A stretch of DNA of 64,000 nucleotides from the NCBI GenBank assembly GCA_964016885.1, contig OZ024740.1:75578001-75642000 (forward strand), given 5' to 3'. The stretch is from Eledone cirrhosa (taxonomy: Eukaryota). Every line of letters starts with the position of its first letter. Within the stretch, counting starts at the first letter, position 1. The position numbers and the translations under genes are program-made. Below are positions 12,920-25,815 of the stretch, piece after piece. A model generated the notes under the pieces. The model saw only the letters and a program-made list of their open reading frames with translations. It ran no database searches and was not told the origin of the DNA.

Positions 12920-14015
12920 CCCTTTTCACCTGGTTGAGGTGCCGTCACATGCTAGCGACTCATAGAGCTTAATTCACCTGGATTCAAACATGCACCGCAA
13001 CACGAGAATGCTAATTGCAGCTGAACTCAAACAGTTTCGCATCTCGTTGCACACTCATCGTCCATAACAACCTCCATCTTGTTACCTTACCCGACTCACT
13101 GGGAAAACAACAAATAGAACTGGACCTGTCAGCATTTCCACCACTTCTGTGGATTCGCCCGAATTATGAAATTTACACTGCAACCCACCTACAGATTCAA
13201 CTTGCTTTTTTTCTTTTCAAAGCGACCAGCCATTTTTTCCTGGCTCCCTAGCACATTCGGCAATACATCTGGGAGGCCAACATTTTCTCGCCTACCCATC
13301 ATCTTCTTGCCAGCACTGGTAAACTACCATAATAGCTTCATCCACAGCTACTGGTACAACACTTACCATTAACATTTAATGCAAGAACGGCAACTTCGCC
13401 CATGTCAGACTTTATCCGTTTTCTGTTAGACCTTTGGTGGTCACGTATAAACTACAAAACAGCTAGTCATTTGACACAGCAGCTCAACACGGCCCTTAGC
13501 GCCTCATTTTTTTTCTTGCATGCATCCTTCTGCTCAATTATTTTTTCACTGATGTGCTCTTTCAGCATTTGTTCTTGCTGATTCAATAATCTGTATCGAC
13601 TTCCATCTAGAAGGGGAGTATTGTAGTGACCTACATTCCGCGGGCTCACATACATTCTCTGTGCGTGATTTGGCTCAGCTCAGCCAATCAGCGCCAGTAG
13701 AAGAGGATGTATTCCTATGCGTCCTGAGGGAGAAATTCCCCGCAAAGATTTGAAGAATCTTCCTCTCGCACCAGGAACTTCGAACCAGCAACACGTACAT
13801 GTGACGGTGAAATTTTGCACCTTAGCCTGCCGGCTTTCCGGCGCAATGGCACATTCCCTTTTGTAACCTCATTTTATGTGTAACTTCAACCATACAAGTT
13901 AACCAACATTATTTGTGCTACAACAAAAATAAACATACGTTTCATCTCTAATTTCTGCTGTTGATGTCATTATTATGTTACTCGTGTCTCAATAACATTT
14001 ATAACCATGCTGCTA
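10874..14015 (+). mobile_element. Non-autonomous LTR retrotransposon (Gypsy-like, tRNA-Trp primed)
   Basis: LTRs 10874-11268 and 13622-14015 (start TGTAGTG, about 395 bp, about 8 substitutions + 1 indel by eye, last bases differ); PBS TGGTGACCTGACGTGA at 11272 close to the tRNA-Trp 3' complement; PPT AGAAGGGGAG before the 3' LTR; candidate TSD AAATAT; no intact gag/pol. Confidence 0.9.
12024..12919 (+). mobile_element. 5'-truncated RTE LINE nested in the LTR element
   Basis: HGSETW...RLRWYGHVMRM...GRPRKTW; (GAT)n tail; 113-bp tandem duplication in its 3' UTR (12574-12804). Confidence 0.9.
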
Positions 14016-14501
14016 AAATATCATAGTTAGAAAAAGATACATATGTCTTCACTACCCGCCGTCTTCAGAAATAATGAGTTTTGTTTATTGAAGAATACAA
14101 AAAAACATACATATGAATAACTAAGGTTTTATAACCAGGTTGAAATTGACCAATGTTAAGAATGGAAAGAGGCAGTATAAATCCTTAAGGTTGGTGGTAG
14201 TAGATGAATAAATCAGAAACGATCGTAAAATAATGTGTTTTACTATGAATTAACAGTTTTGTGTTTAATTTCATTGTTTTAATATTTCCATTTTGACTCT
14301 GTATCCAATTGAATTATATCGTTGATAAAAAATTTTGTATTTAAACTTTGCTTCACGACATCTACATACGGATTACATTGAGTTCTTTATTCGGTTTAGA
14401 CCCTACCATTGAGTGGTAGATTTATCTGTATATATATATATATATATATATAGCCGCCGAAACGGCTTGAGTTCTGCCGTCGGGGTCTTGAACATTTTCC
14501 C

Positions 14502-14536
<35 letters not shown>

Positions 14537-16286
14537 ACGCGATAATTTATTGATATTAAATACTTGTGCATAACAGTATTAAATGATCTCTTCAGTAAAA
14601 AAAAAAAAAAACGCTTTGAATTTGAGCTGCATATAGACGGATATATTTGTGTTTCAAAGGGGGATAATTTACGTGTCTAAATTTTAAAGATAAATTATCT
14701 CCCTTACATTTACTATACGATTAAGTTTCTATTTCTACTTTGTGAAATGATGTTGGCTGCTTGAAAAATATGTAGCTTGATTGGAACACTAGAAGCATAT
14801 AATATTGTATTTAGAAGTTCACTTCACAACCAAATTAACTTTACATGAAATGCTTGGGGCCAGAAGTGCTTCAGATTTTAGATTTTTGTGGATTTGGGAA
14901 TATTTATATACGACATTAACATTTTATTCACAGTTGTAAAAATAATATTATAAATTGCTAGCAATTCTTTCAGAAGAACATTACAAATATAATGTTGTTG
15001 AAAAGCAGAAATATATAAACGCATAAAAAAGAGAAAAAAAAAAAGAAAAAAGAAGAAGAGTCAAACAAAAACGAAAATGACCACCAATTCACCACCAGGT
15101 GCGACAATCGAACACACATCATAAGGGTCAATGGAACACTTTGAGGCAAGCCAACGCATTCGCAACATTACCATGGTATACTTTGTATAAAGCATCTATA
15201 AAATGGGACAATGTAGTGATGGAACCCAAGCCTAAACATGATGATATCCATTTACATAACACAGCTTAAACATATACCCTGAAGTTAGTTTTATATAATT
15301 AGATAGGAATTTTCAATGTGTAGCAAGTAATGCCAACATGAGAAACACTTTGGAATTTTTGAGGTTTGGGGGATTTTGGAGTTGGTATAAAAGACTCTTA
15401 ACCTGTATCAGGATCTTTATACAGAACCCATGTTTAAAAATGTTGGTAGCTGAGCAAAACAACTGTTAAAATTTAGCAGCTCACCACTGATTACAGGCTA
15501 TTCAACAGGCTTCAACACAATATTATGTCTACTCAATTTCACTCACAAAACTAGAATAAACTTGAGGTTTTAGTAGAAGACCCCTGACATGTTGGAATCA
15601 AAACCAGAAACTCATGATTATGAAGCAGTGTGTTGGTGCTTCTATTATTGTGTAATAGAAAAGGTTGATGGATTAGCAAAATTGGTAGAACATTAGACAA
15701 CTTGCTTTGCAGCATATAGTTACGGCTCTTCGTGTTCTGAGGTTGATTTTGCCTTTCATCCTTATGGAGTCAATAAAATAAAGTACTAGTAATGCACTGG
15801 GGTTGATTTAATTGACTTTCCCCTTCCCTTCAAATTGCTGGCCTTATGACGAAAGTAGAAACAATTATTCTGTAGTAGACTAACAAGCATAATACTTCAT
15901 ATCTGTAAACAAAGAGAACAAATATTTAGAGCACAATTAAATATCCAGTTTATAACATGTGCACCATATCACTGTATGTTGTAAGCAGTGAGTAAAAGAG
16001 TTATTGTCAGGAAAGATATCCAGTCCCGTCCCACCCATGGAATAGTCGAATATGATAATGATGATGATGAATATTTATACCCTTTGGATGTGTCTTTGTG
16101 ACATAATATACAAGGGTGAAGGTTAGGTTTAATGTTTAAGAAGCTTGCTTTGCAAACATGAAATCCTAGATTTGATTCCCATGTGTCGAACTCCAAAAGA
16201 TTGTTCTTTTTTAAAGCATTGACTTTCTTCTTTCTCTCAAATGTTAAAGATAATTAAGGTAAAGTTATCATTGAAAAGTATCATAC

Positions 16287-16383
16287 CTCTATGATATCAA
16301 CTTCACATTCATTACCAGATTTTACACCAGGAAGTTCCACAGTTACACACAAACTATCTGGTTGACTACAGTCTATAGTGTAC
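16287..16383 (-). CDS. PIH1D2: PIH1D2 coding exon 4 (CS-like domain)
   Basis: tttcag acceptor; YTIDCSQPDSLCVTVELPGVKSGNECEVDIIE resembles human VELPGINSVSLCDLSVSE; donor gtatga. Confidence 0.9.
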
Positions 16384-17097
16384 CTGAAAATAAACAAGTA
16401 GATTAGGATAGAGAAATGTGGAATATTTATGTGTGAATACATTTATGAATGTTTCTGTGCATGGGCTTTGCAATAGGTACACTTTGTCCTTTGCATGGCA
16501 TAAGAGGCAACTAAAAGGGTTGGCATCAGTAAAGATACCTAGCTGTAAAACACTGCCTGAAAAAAACCCATCCAAACCATAACTAATGTGGAAAAGCAGA
16601 CATAAAATGATTATGATGAATGAAATTGTTATCATTTACCAAGCAGAAGTCTTGCAATATTCAAGAGAGCCTCACTAATGCTTGATGTCCCAATAAAATG
16701 CACTAGTACACTCTGTAAAGTAGGTAGCATAGGATTAAATGTATCTTTTAGTCTTGCCAACTTCTAGTGCTAGAGCCATGATAAAATGTATTCAGTAAAC
16801 TCCGTACAGTTGTTGCTATTAAGAAAGCCATCCAGCCATAAAAACCATTCCCAAAATGGAATGTATGAGTGAGATGTGGTCTTCTAACCTATTTAAAAGA
16901 GCAGTAACTCTGAATAAGAACTAAGACTGTGATAACCCATTCAGCCCATACCAGCATAGAAAGACGATGAAGACGTTGACGAAGACGTTGACGATGACAA
17001 TGACAATGCTGTTGCTGCCACTGTTTAGGGACAAACATAGAAGAGGGTGACATTTAAGCTTTTTCCTAAATATCATTTCAAATAAAATATAACAAAC

Positions 17098-17518
17098 CTT
17101 GGTTCCTTAACTTGTAATTCTTCAATTAAGTTTGATTTTCTCCCTTTTTCAGGTAGTTCCCTGGATAGATTAAGTGCCAGTGGATTTTCCAGTTTCTCAC
17201 TACATGCTGGTAGCTTATTAATAATATCCAACTTATCATTGATGGTATTTCCATTCCTTTCAGGAGGGTTGCTTTGTTTTCTCTTGCCGAATTCATTATT
17301 CAAAGATTGGTGAAATTTTGGAATGTCACCTTTGCATTCCTTTTTGTCAAATAACAAGAAGGCATTTGTAACCAAAGTGAATGGAATTTGTGATTGGATG
17401 TTGTCTAAAAGATACTCTATCAGATTCTCCTGCTGGTCAGTTAAAAGAGATCCAGCTGGTGTCAGTTTGTTGGTCAGCAGGGGATTCAAGGCAACTAATA
17501 TGAGAGGTTTATTATGAT
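17098..17518 (-). CDS. PIH1D2: PIH1D2 coding exon 3
   Basis: ctctag acceptor; (N)HNKPLILVALNPLL...NLIEELQVKEP(R), with the VAxNP and LIEE motifs; 421 nt, phase 1 to 2; donor gtttgt. Confidence 0.85.
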
Positions 17519-18447
17519 CTAGAGGTAGAAAAATAAATGGAGGAAGATAAACATGAAAAAGATTTCTTCAGATGTGTATCAAATTCACAACAAATGTCAA
17601 AGATAGCTTTTCTTCTATTCATTTTATTTATTGGAAAGTAACTAAGCTGGGGTACGACCTTCAAAGGTTTTCTTTTTTTCATCAGTTAATCAATTATACA
17701 AACCCCAGTACTTATTTTATTGATTTCTACTGATTGAATGATTAAGTTATATTTTGGTGTAAAGGTATGCAACGTACTGCAGAAATTTACACCAATACAT
17801 ACAAGCATTAATGCACACACACACACACACACACATTCATGTGCATGCACATGCACATACACATACACATCTGCATACACACACACATACAAACACACAT
17901 ATATAATATTAATGATAGAATCTCTCATTGAGAATGACATAAGATTACCCAATATTTCAATCAACTGAATTAGCATATAAGTGGCTGAGTATTCCACTGA
18001 CTTTTAGAAGGTAAGTGGAAAAGAGGCCAACCAAAGATGAACTGGCAGTGGACATTCAAAAGCAACCTACGCCATCAACATCACCTAGTACAAATGTTGA
18101 GCTGCCGCTGACTGACAGTGTTGGAGACAATTGGTTGACTTATGTTCCTGATGAAACAAGCCAAACAAGAGCTAAGAGAGATTCCATTGACACATGTATC
18201 CTTAGCTTAATCCTCATGACACAATATATAGCAAGGCCCAACTTTTCCGTCAACCAAATTCACTCCCATGTCATTAGTCAACTGAAAGCTGTACAATGGG
18301 ATGAAACCAAACTCTGGGGTTGTGTTACAAACGTCTTAACTACATAGTCATGTCTTCAGTTATAAAAAAAAACCATCTATGTTTACTCTCACTCATTTGC
18401 TCAGATCGATTGAAAGATCCCAGATCCCATTCCGCTGCCAAGTGGGC

Positions 18448-18507
18448 AGAGTTTCCTTGGTCCGATTTGATGAAGTCCACCTCATCAAATCAGACCAAGG
18501 AAACTTT
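18448..18507. repeat. 60-nt hairpin with 26-bp stem
   Basis: agagtttccttggtccgatttgatga / tcatcaaatcagaccaaggaaacttt. Confidence 0.85.
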
Positions 18508-18787
18508 TTGTTTCCATTCGTCTTTCCATTGCTGATATTATCGCAACTCCTGGCAGAAGGAGCAACATGAAATAAAGTGTCTTGTTCAAGGACAAAACAC
18601 ATCACTCGGTCCAACACTCGGTCCAACTCTCTAACCACTAAGCCTTCAATATTTAATCTAAGAATATGTAAAAGGTGAGAGAGACATTATGAATGACGAG
18701 AGAAGAAAAGACAGGTATGTCATATGGATAAGGATGGAGGTAGTATACACCAGCTGATAGTATATATTCTAAAATAGATATACAAAC

Positions 18788-18914
18788 TATTTGAAGGTGC
18801 TGAATTCTCTTCGATGTGAATAAATGAAGGTATGATCATAGTATTTTCTCCAAAGTTTGGTGCTGGAACCAAAACAGATGAATATATCTCCAGTGATAAA
18901 TCACCTTCATTATC
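18788..18914 (-). CDS. PIH1D2: PIH1D2 coding exon 2
   Basis: ttctag|GAT; DNEGDLSLEIYSSVLVPAPNFGENTMIIPSFIHIEENSAPSN (PIH1 'IPAP' motif); donor gtttgt, phase 1, matches next exon. Confidence 0.8.
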
Positions 18915-21278
18915 CTAGAAATAGAAATCATGATCAAAATGGTCTCAAATAATTCAGTCTCCTAAAAATAATTATATCACAACATAGTATATTTAGGAAA
19001 AAGGAAATATTTATTATTATTATTATTTGGATTAGCAGTATTGTTAGAGTGTTGGACAACAGCTTAGAGTTACAGCTCTTTACATTCTGAGTTTAAATCA
19101 TGCTGAGGTTAGCTTTGCCTTTCATCCTTACGGGGTCGATAAATTAAAGTACCAGTAATGCACTGGGGTCAATTTCATTGACTTTCCCCTCCCCCAAGTT
19201 ACTGGCCTTGTGCCAATACTAGAAATCATTATTATTATTGGTAGTAGTAGTAGCAACAGCAGCAGCAGTAGTAGTAGGTGTCAGGAAGGGCTATATGGCA
19301 GTGAGACATGAACTTTGATTACAGAAGATCCAAAATGGCAAGATAAAAATGAAGCAAGTATGCTCTGATGGATGTATAATGTTAATGTGCATGAATAATC
19401 CAACCTAAATAAACTGAAAGAAAAACTAGGCATAAGAGGAATTTATGTGAACTAGGATGTATGTATATCTGGCAGCACTACTCTTTTGTGGATTTTACCT
19501 GAAAATTGTAGAAGTTATTGGGGTCTGTTCGATATAGTTCTAACTGTTTGAGATGGGTTTTTTCCATGAGAGATCCTCAGTGATAGTAAGGTCAAGCATT
19601 TGGAGTAAATGTGAGGGCTCACCTAACTACATGCTGTTTATGTTTAAGGATGGCAAGGTGCAGTGATCTTTTAGTTCCATACACATACAACCAACAAAGC
19701 AAATGAACATTAGAAACAAATCAAATCTTTCCCTGAGAGAGTTTTGGCAATCATATCAATGCCAGTATTTAATTCAATCTATTACTTAGTACTAATCTCT
19801 ATTTTCCGAACTAATACATTATAGACCAAAAGCAAGGAGACACACACACACATACTGACACACATAGATGTGTTTTAAATATATTTATGCAGAATTGCAA
19901 TCATTATTTTCCGAGGTTAACTTTGCTTTTCATCCTTACGAGGTCGATAAAAGAAAGTACCAGTAATGCACTGGGATAATTGCTGGCCTTGTGCCAAAAG
20001 TAGAAACAATTATTATTATTATTATCATTATTATTATATTGTGGTCTTTGCCATTAGATGCTACAGTAAAAATTCAATTATGAAATGTTTTCATCATTAC
20101 TCTATCACAGAAATCAATCACTTTTTTTACCTTTAACTAGAGACCTCACATATTTTGATCACTTTCATTTCATAAATTCAATTGTGTTTAGTGACAGCGA
20201 AGCTTGTTACCCAGGTTTGTCAACATTTTAATTTCTTTAATATTCCTGCTATTTCCATTGTCACTTACATGTATACATAAATTTCACTTTTTAGCAAAAT
20301 GCTTACAGAGGAAATTTTTATAACAAGATATTGATGTGTGACTTTTTTTTTTAATTCATCGCCTTTTATCGTTGACATACGATAGATTTTAGTTCGCCAC
20401 ACTTGATATAGTTAATTTAAAAAGCTAAGTTTAGATTCGTTGTAAAAAGCCATGAATTAATAAAGGGACGCTACTCTGTATGATCATTGAACAAAGAAAA
20501 GATTTTATGATGCAGCCTCTTCCTTGACATTGTAAAGCAGTGACAAAACAACAGGCGTGTGAACATATGCATGTGTAAGACTGATACTTAGTGTATAAAT
20601 GTTAGCTTGACAGGTGGATATTGCAGACCTGTCAAATTTCCCCGTCTTTGGGGTGGATGAGAGATGTCTTCTCTTGTGAAAATGGGTATAGATTTCATTA
20701 TGTAAAATCTCCCCATTTCTCTCCGTTTGAGTTTTAGAGGTTGGCAGGTCTGATATTGTCATATGGTTATTGTATAAACAGTAAATACAATAGACCAACG
20801 CTTGAATGAAATCATGTGAACTCAATTCCCTATGAACCCTTACTTTTTATTACCTTTCTGTATTTCCTGTTAGTTTGTATATCTAGACAAATACTGCTTA
20901 AAAACTATGCATATAGACATATACACACGTGCGTGGTGCTTCGATGAAAATTACCCAATCCACTCTGTAAGGTGGTAGTGCTGGAGTCACGATAAAATGC
21001 TCCATGTACATACTGTATGTGGTTGATATTAGAAAGGATATCAGGCCATAGAAAATAAACCAAAGGACTTAGTCACCTGACTGATCTAACCTCAGTATGT
21101 AACAATCCATCTAACACATACAAGCAATGGTCATGATGATATATATATATAGAGAGAGAGAGATATATATATACTTAGGGTTTGTAACATCCAGTTACTG
21201 TAGGTTCACCAGAGTGAGCACTCGATGCATAGTTTCCAGTTAGTATAGAGGAGTAGTAGTAAGCAGAGTGTAATACTA

Positions 21279-21523
21279 ATAATAAAAAGGACGATTTGTT
21301 AGGTCTTCATTATGTTTATTGAGTAGTGACGCACGTTTCACTATTGATCAGCTCAAGGTTCGATCTGGCCCGACTCAGGAATCAAAAGTTGTAAGTCCAA
21401 TGAGCTTTCGATTTCAGAGTCGGGCTAGATTGATACAGATCAACCATGAGCTGATCAATAGCAAAACGTGTGTCACTACTCGATAAATGTAATGAAGACC
21501 TAACAAATCGCCCTTTTTATTAT
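21279..21523. repeat. 245-bp fold-back made of two inverted copies of a hammerhead-bearing Penelope-like terminal repeat
   Basis: Arms 21279-21360 and 21442-21523 are imperfect reverse complements; inner stem 21363-21390/21403-21430; each arm carries CTGATCA-ATAGY-(G/A)AAA-CGTGYGTC. Confidence 0.8.
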
Positions 21524-22479
21524 GGGTATATATATATACACACACACACACTGTAAAGTGGTCGTGTAGGGGTCATGACAAAAAGTACCCAGTTGACACT
21601 CTAAAGTAGTCATGTAGGTGTCACGACAAAAAGCACTGAGTACACACTGTAAATGTGGTTGGTGTTAGGAAGGGTATACAGCCGTAGAAACCAAATCAAA
21701 AGCAGTTCTGTATGAGCATGGCATGGTCACCTGACCTGGGTTTTCTCACAACAGGACAACTTGTTTAACCTATGCTAGCATGAAAAAATGGATGTTGAAC
21801 GGTGATAATATATATATGCGTGTGTGTGAGTATATGTATATATCAACATCATCATCATTTTTACATCCATTGTTTCGTTGAATGTGCAATGTAAATGTGA
21901 GAGAAAGACAGCTTAGATGAACTGAGGGAGAAACTGAGTTTAAGGGGAATCTGAGGTGGTGTGCAGGAAAGAAGACTCAAAGGTATGGAATGTGATGTGC
22001 ATGGAAGGAAGACTCAGTAGAGGTAGATCAAGAAAGACTTGGGCAGAGATTGTAACAACAAACCTCAAATCACAGCGTGTGGAGAGATGCCATGCTAAGA
22101 AGGACCCATCCAACCCATGGAAGCATGGAAAAGTGGATGTAAAAACAATGATGATGATGATGATACATATATATATATATCATCTCCGGCTTAAGAATGT
22201 CTACTCTCTTAACAATTAACATTTTGAATTCAGTGCATTTTTTGGTATTTTACTGCTTCACATTGAGATTAGATGTTAATTTTTCAAAGCATTGTTAAAA
22301 AGAAAATATAGATATTTTGATCAAATTTGTTTTACTTAGTTTGTCTAAATCTGTGCTTAATAAACTAAACTAAAATTTACCACTATGTCTTTGGCACATA
22401 GGGTGGGAGGTAAAAGACATACTAGTATGTTTTGGCACTCAGAGTTAATTAATTTTTTTTTTACTTAATATTCCATTAA

Positions 22480-22913
22480 CCCTTTTGATAGCAACCTGCC
22501 CAAAACTTACTTTGGTTCTATGAAACAAAGCTACCAATTTTAAATGGTTCTTATTTAAATTAAAATCTTCCAACATAATTTTATATAAAATCCTATAAAA
22601 TATGTTAACCCTTTAGCATTTACATCACTCTATATTTACTATTGTATTTTCGTGGTTATACACTTTATTTCACATAATTATCTCACATAATATAGAATCT
22701 ACGAGATTTTGATATTATTTATTTTGAGAATAATACCTTAACATAAGTATGAGCGGCTGGTTTAAATAGAAAGAGATGAGAGAATTCTGTCAGTATATGG
22801 CTGGTTTAAAGGGTTAAGTTACTCTCTTAGAATAGTGAAATAATTAATAATTTTCAGTAAGTTCCACAAAATTCTTAATAGAGTGTTTATTTATGAATTC
22901 AGTAATGAAAGGG
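22480..22913. mobile_element. piggyBac-like MITE containing a second piggyBac-like MITE (22609-22813)
   Basis: Both have TTAA|CCCTTT ... AAAGGG|TTAA ends. Confidence 0.65.
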
Positions 22914-22933
22914 TTAAATTAGTGACAACTTAC

Positions 22934-23140
22934 TCTTAATTTAACCTTTAAACCAAATTCCGGTCTGATACCATTCTCTTCAAGAAGCTTATGAGCATCT
23001 TTCATTTGATTCTCAATAAACTTCTTATATGCTGTTGGATTAGTTTCAACCATTTCGTCAAGCATTGACCAAATCTGCTCAGCTTGTTGAAAAACTGCCT
23101 CCTCTGTGGAGTTTTGCTTCTTTGATAGAATCGACACCAT
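22934..23140 (-). CDS. PIH1D2: PIH1 domain-containing protein 2, coding exon 1 (69 codons)
   Basis: cag|ATG acceptor; MVSILSKKQNSTEEAVFQQAEQIWSMLDEMVETNPTAYKKFIENQMKDA... resembles the PIH1D2 N-terminus (QFWNLLDDLAQSDPEGYEKFIQQQLKEG in human); donor AGA|gtaagt, phase 0. Confidence 0.9.
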
Positions 23141-23754
23141 CTGTAAGAGGTTGATATTAATATTATCATGAGAGCAATGGATTGACAGAATTATTAGAGC
23201 GTTGGACAAAATGCCTTACAATATTTATCCCTGGGACTAATCCCTATCTGTTCACATGAACTTATGCACTGCCTTGCCATGTGATTTCATCCTTCTCACT
23301 TTTTCCCTGTGTAACTTCACATAAACACATACCCTAATAAGCTAAGGCTGACTTTGACAGCTTGTGCCTGCAGTACAGTTATATATGTATATTAACAAAT
23401 TCTAATACTGCAGTATTCAATATATATGTGCAGCAAATTGATAACATTGTAAGAACATCAGATAGAATGCTTTGCGATTTTCCTTATGACGCTCCGCCCA
23501 CTCCGAGTTCAAATCCCGCCAAGGTTAACTTTGCTTTTCATCCTATCAAGGTCGATATAAAAAATACCAATCCTGTAGTAGAGTTGATTCTTCCACTATA
23601 TCTCTTTTTGGAAGAAATCAACTGTGTTCTGACCTGGAGAAAGAAGGGGCTCTGCCAGGTTTAAAGTGTCACGACAACACCCCTACAATTCCATCAAGTT
23701 ACAGTCCATACATACAATATAATATATCTACAAGTCTAATTACAACAAACTTCC

Positions 23755-24285
23755 CCTTAGGTCAACTTTGCCTTCCAGATTCAATAATATATAGTACCAG
23801 GGTTGATATAATTGATGTACCCCTTAAAATTTCTGGATTTGTACTACTGGGAGCAATGTAATCAACTGTTCCCTTACCCTAACATTAAAGCCTTATGCCT
23901 GTTTAAGAAATTATTTTGGCAGAATCATTAGAGCAGTAGACAAAATGCTTTACAGTATTTAGTTATAGCCCTATATGTTCTAAGTTTAAACCCCACCGAG
24001 GTCAACTTTGCTTTTCATTCTACTGGGGTTGATTAAATAAATACCAGTTAAGTACTGGGGTCAATATAATCAACTTCCCCATCCCCCAAATTGCTACCCA
24101 TGTGCCAATGTTAGAAATCCTTATTAGGGGGTTTGAACTCAGAATTACAGCCCTTGCCATTCTGAGTTCAAATCCCGCCGAGGTTAACTTTGCCTTTCAT
24201 CCTCATGGGGTCGATAAAATAAAGTACCAGTAATGCACTGGGTAATTTATGGCCTTGTGCCAAAAGTAGAAACCATTATTATTAA
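23755..24285 (+). mobile_element. Cluster of tRNA-derived SINE copies, family A (also about 15665-15870, 19025-19235, 23435-23590, 26210-26440, 36170-36310, 39575-39720, 46390-46545, 49305-49470; minus 4815-4920, 58779-58860)
   Basis: Shared GAGTTCAAATCC B-box, core gaggtYaactttgcctttcatcc..ggggtcgataaaataaagtacc (MetaSINE-like by recall) and (ATT)n tail. Confidence 0.8.
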
Positions 24286-24999
24286 AGAGTGTGGTGGAGG
24301 TGCATGACCTAGTCGTAAGTGTATTGAACTTACAATCAGAATGTTGTGGGTTCAATTCTTGAGCTTTATTTCCTGTTGCTCCAATACACTCAGCTGAAAA
24401 TGAGTGCTAGCAGTAGCTGGGGAGGGACAGTGATGGACCAATGTCTTGTTCAGGGAGGAGTCTTGTACTCTCAGTTGCTTAATGCCACTGAAACTGATAT
24501 AAGCACCAGCTTATGAACCTTTGGCTTGAAACAGACTTGGAATAGTAGAATAATTAGAACAGACAAAATGCCTTGTGGTATTTAGTTACCTTTTTACTTT
24601 CTGAGATCAACTTACCTTTTATCCTTCTGAGGTTGATAAAACAAAGTACCAATGAAGTACTAGAGTTGGTCAAGTATGTGCATGTGTAGTCATGATAAGG
24701 CAGGGATGGAATAATCAATGATGCAGACACTGTGAGGGTTCAGGCAAGATTAATTGGAGACAGTTGTTTCTGACAGGACCCACAGGAGGGATTACTTGAA
24801 AACTCATCCATAACGACCCTCCAGAGGAGGAGGAGGGGGGAGAAGAAGAAGAAGAAGAAGAAGAAGAAGAAGAAATTAGAAGATGATGATGAACTCTTAG
24901 TTGGGCCTACATGGGCATTGCCTCATTTATTTTTTCATTCAGTTGTCTCTCATAATAGGACTTTTATGCACTTTTCTTTTAAGCATCAGTCAGGGCAAG

Positions 25000-25500
25000 T
25001 GCTCCACTACCCTTTCAGATACACTTTTCCCCAACCATGTCCCAATTTTCTGTTAACACACCATCTCACAATCTGGAATACCTCATGCCTCTGATTCTCA
25101 TGATGTAGAACATGGGCAAATTTCTTTTCTGCTTCTCCCCTTGATAAGTATACCTGTTCCCTAGCCTCTATTCAAGCTATTTGGTATTTCTTCCTGTTAC
25201 TGCTTTTTTCCTCAGTCTTTTTGTGTCTGTCTCTTTGCTTTTATGGTTTTATCTACCCTATCATTCTACAACTATGTCACTTTCCCTCTTGCTAGGACCT
25301 TGCTCGTGCCGTGGGCCTAATCCATAGACTTCAGCAGATGATCTATAGAAATTCCTCATTTTCCTCTATGCTATAGTTCTCCAACTCCTTGCAGAACTCC
25401 AGAAGCCTAGATCCCTCCTCATTTATAGTATGAAGCCCATGGCCTCCTTGCACACAAATGTTTCCCCGACATGGCCATTGAAGTCACCTACCATTCATCA
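25000..25500 (-). mobile_element. Decayed RTE endonuclease-region fragment
   Basis: GDFNGHVG on the minus strand at about 25465-25488. Confidence 0.55.
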
Positions 25501-25519
25501 TGAATCTTGAATAATATAT

Positions 25520-25815
25520 ATCTTAAGAATATATCTCATAAGTATGGTGCATTGCCGCAGATGGGACACCTTCTAGTATACTGTACTTTATCGAAATGTT
25601 TTTGCATTTTAAAAGCCTGTATGTCTGCCCTCTGCCTTCTATACTCCAGCGTCAAGAGTCCCAAAGCCTGAAGACGTTCATTATAGGGTAGTGAAGAGAG
25701 CCCCGGGACGAGGCGTGTTGCTCTTCGCTACATATTTTCAATTATCTCCTTGTCTCTTTGGCCCATATAATGGAGGCATACTCAAGGTGTGGACGTATCA
25801 GGCTTTTGTACAGGA
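25520..25815 (-). mobile_element. CR1-like LINE RT C-terminal fragment
   Basis: LYKSLIRPHLEYAS on the minus strand. Confidence 0.65.

Larger units (their letters stand above)
10737..14288. repeat. 75-bp inverted repeat pair (10737-10811 / 14214-14288) bracketing the LTR element
   Basis: Reverse-complement match with 2 mismatches by eye. Confidence 0.85.

Noticed and set aside
10586-14487. Split hammerhead joining GACCCC..CUGAUGA (10586-10608) with GAAA..GUC-GGGGUC (14459-14487)
   Set aside because: A 10-nt spacer separates GACCCC from the core and no helix II can be formed between the halves; a chance 6-bp match is likely.
19497-19735. Candidate extra PIH1D2 exon
   Set aside because: Frames contain stops; LTITEDLSWKK looks like a decayed LINE RT fragment; the gene joins in phase without it.
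20505-20825. 106-aa minus-strand ORF in a PIH1D2 intron
   Set aside because: No PIH1 similarity and not needed for the reading frame.
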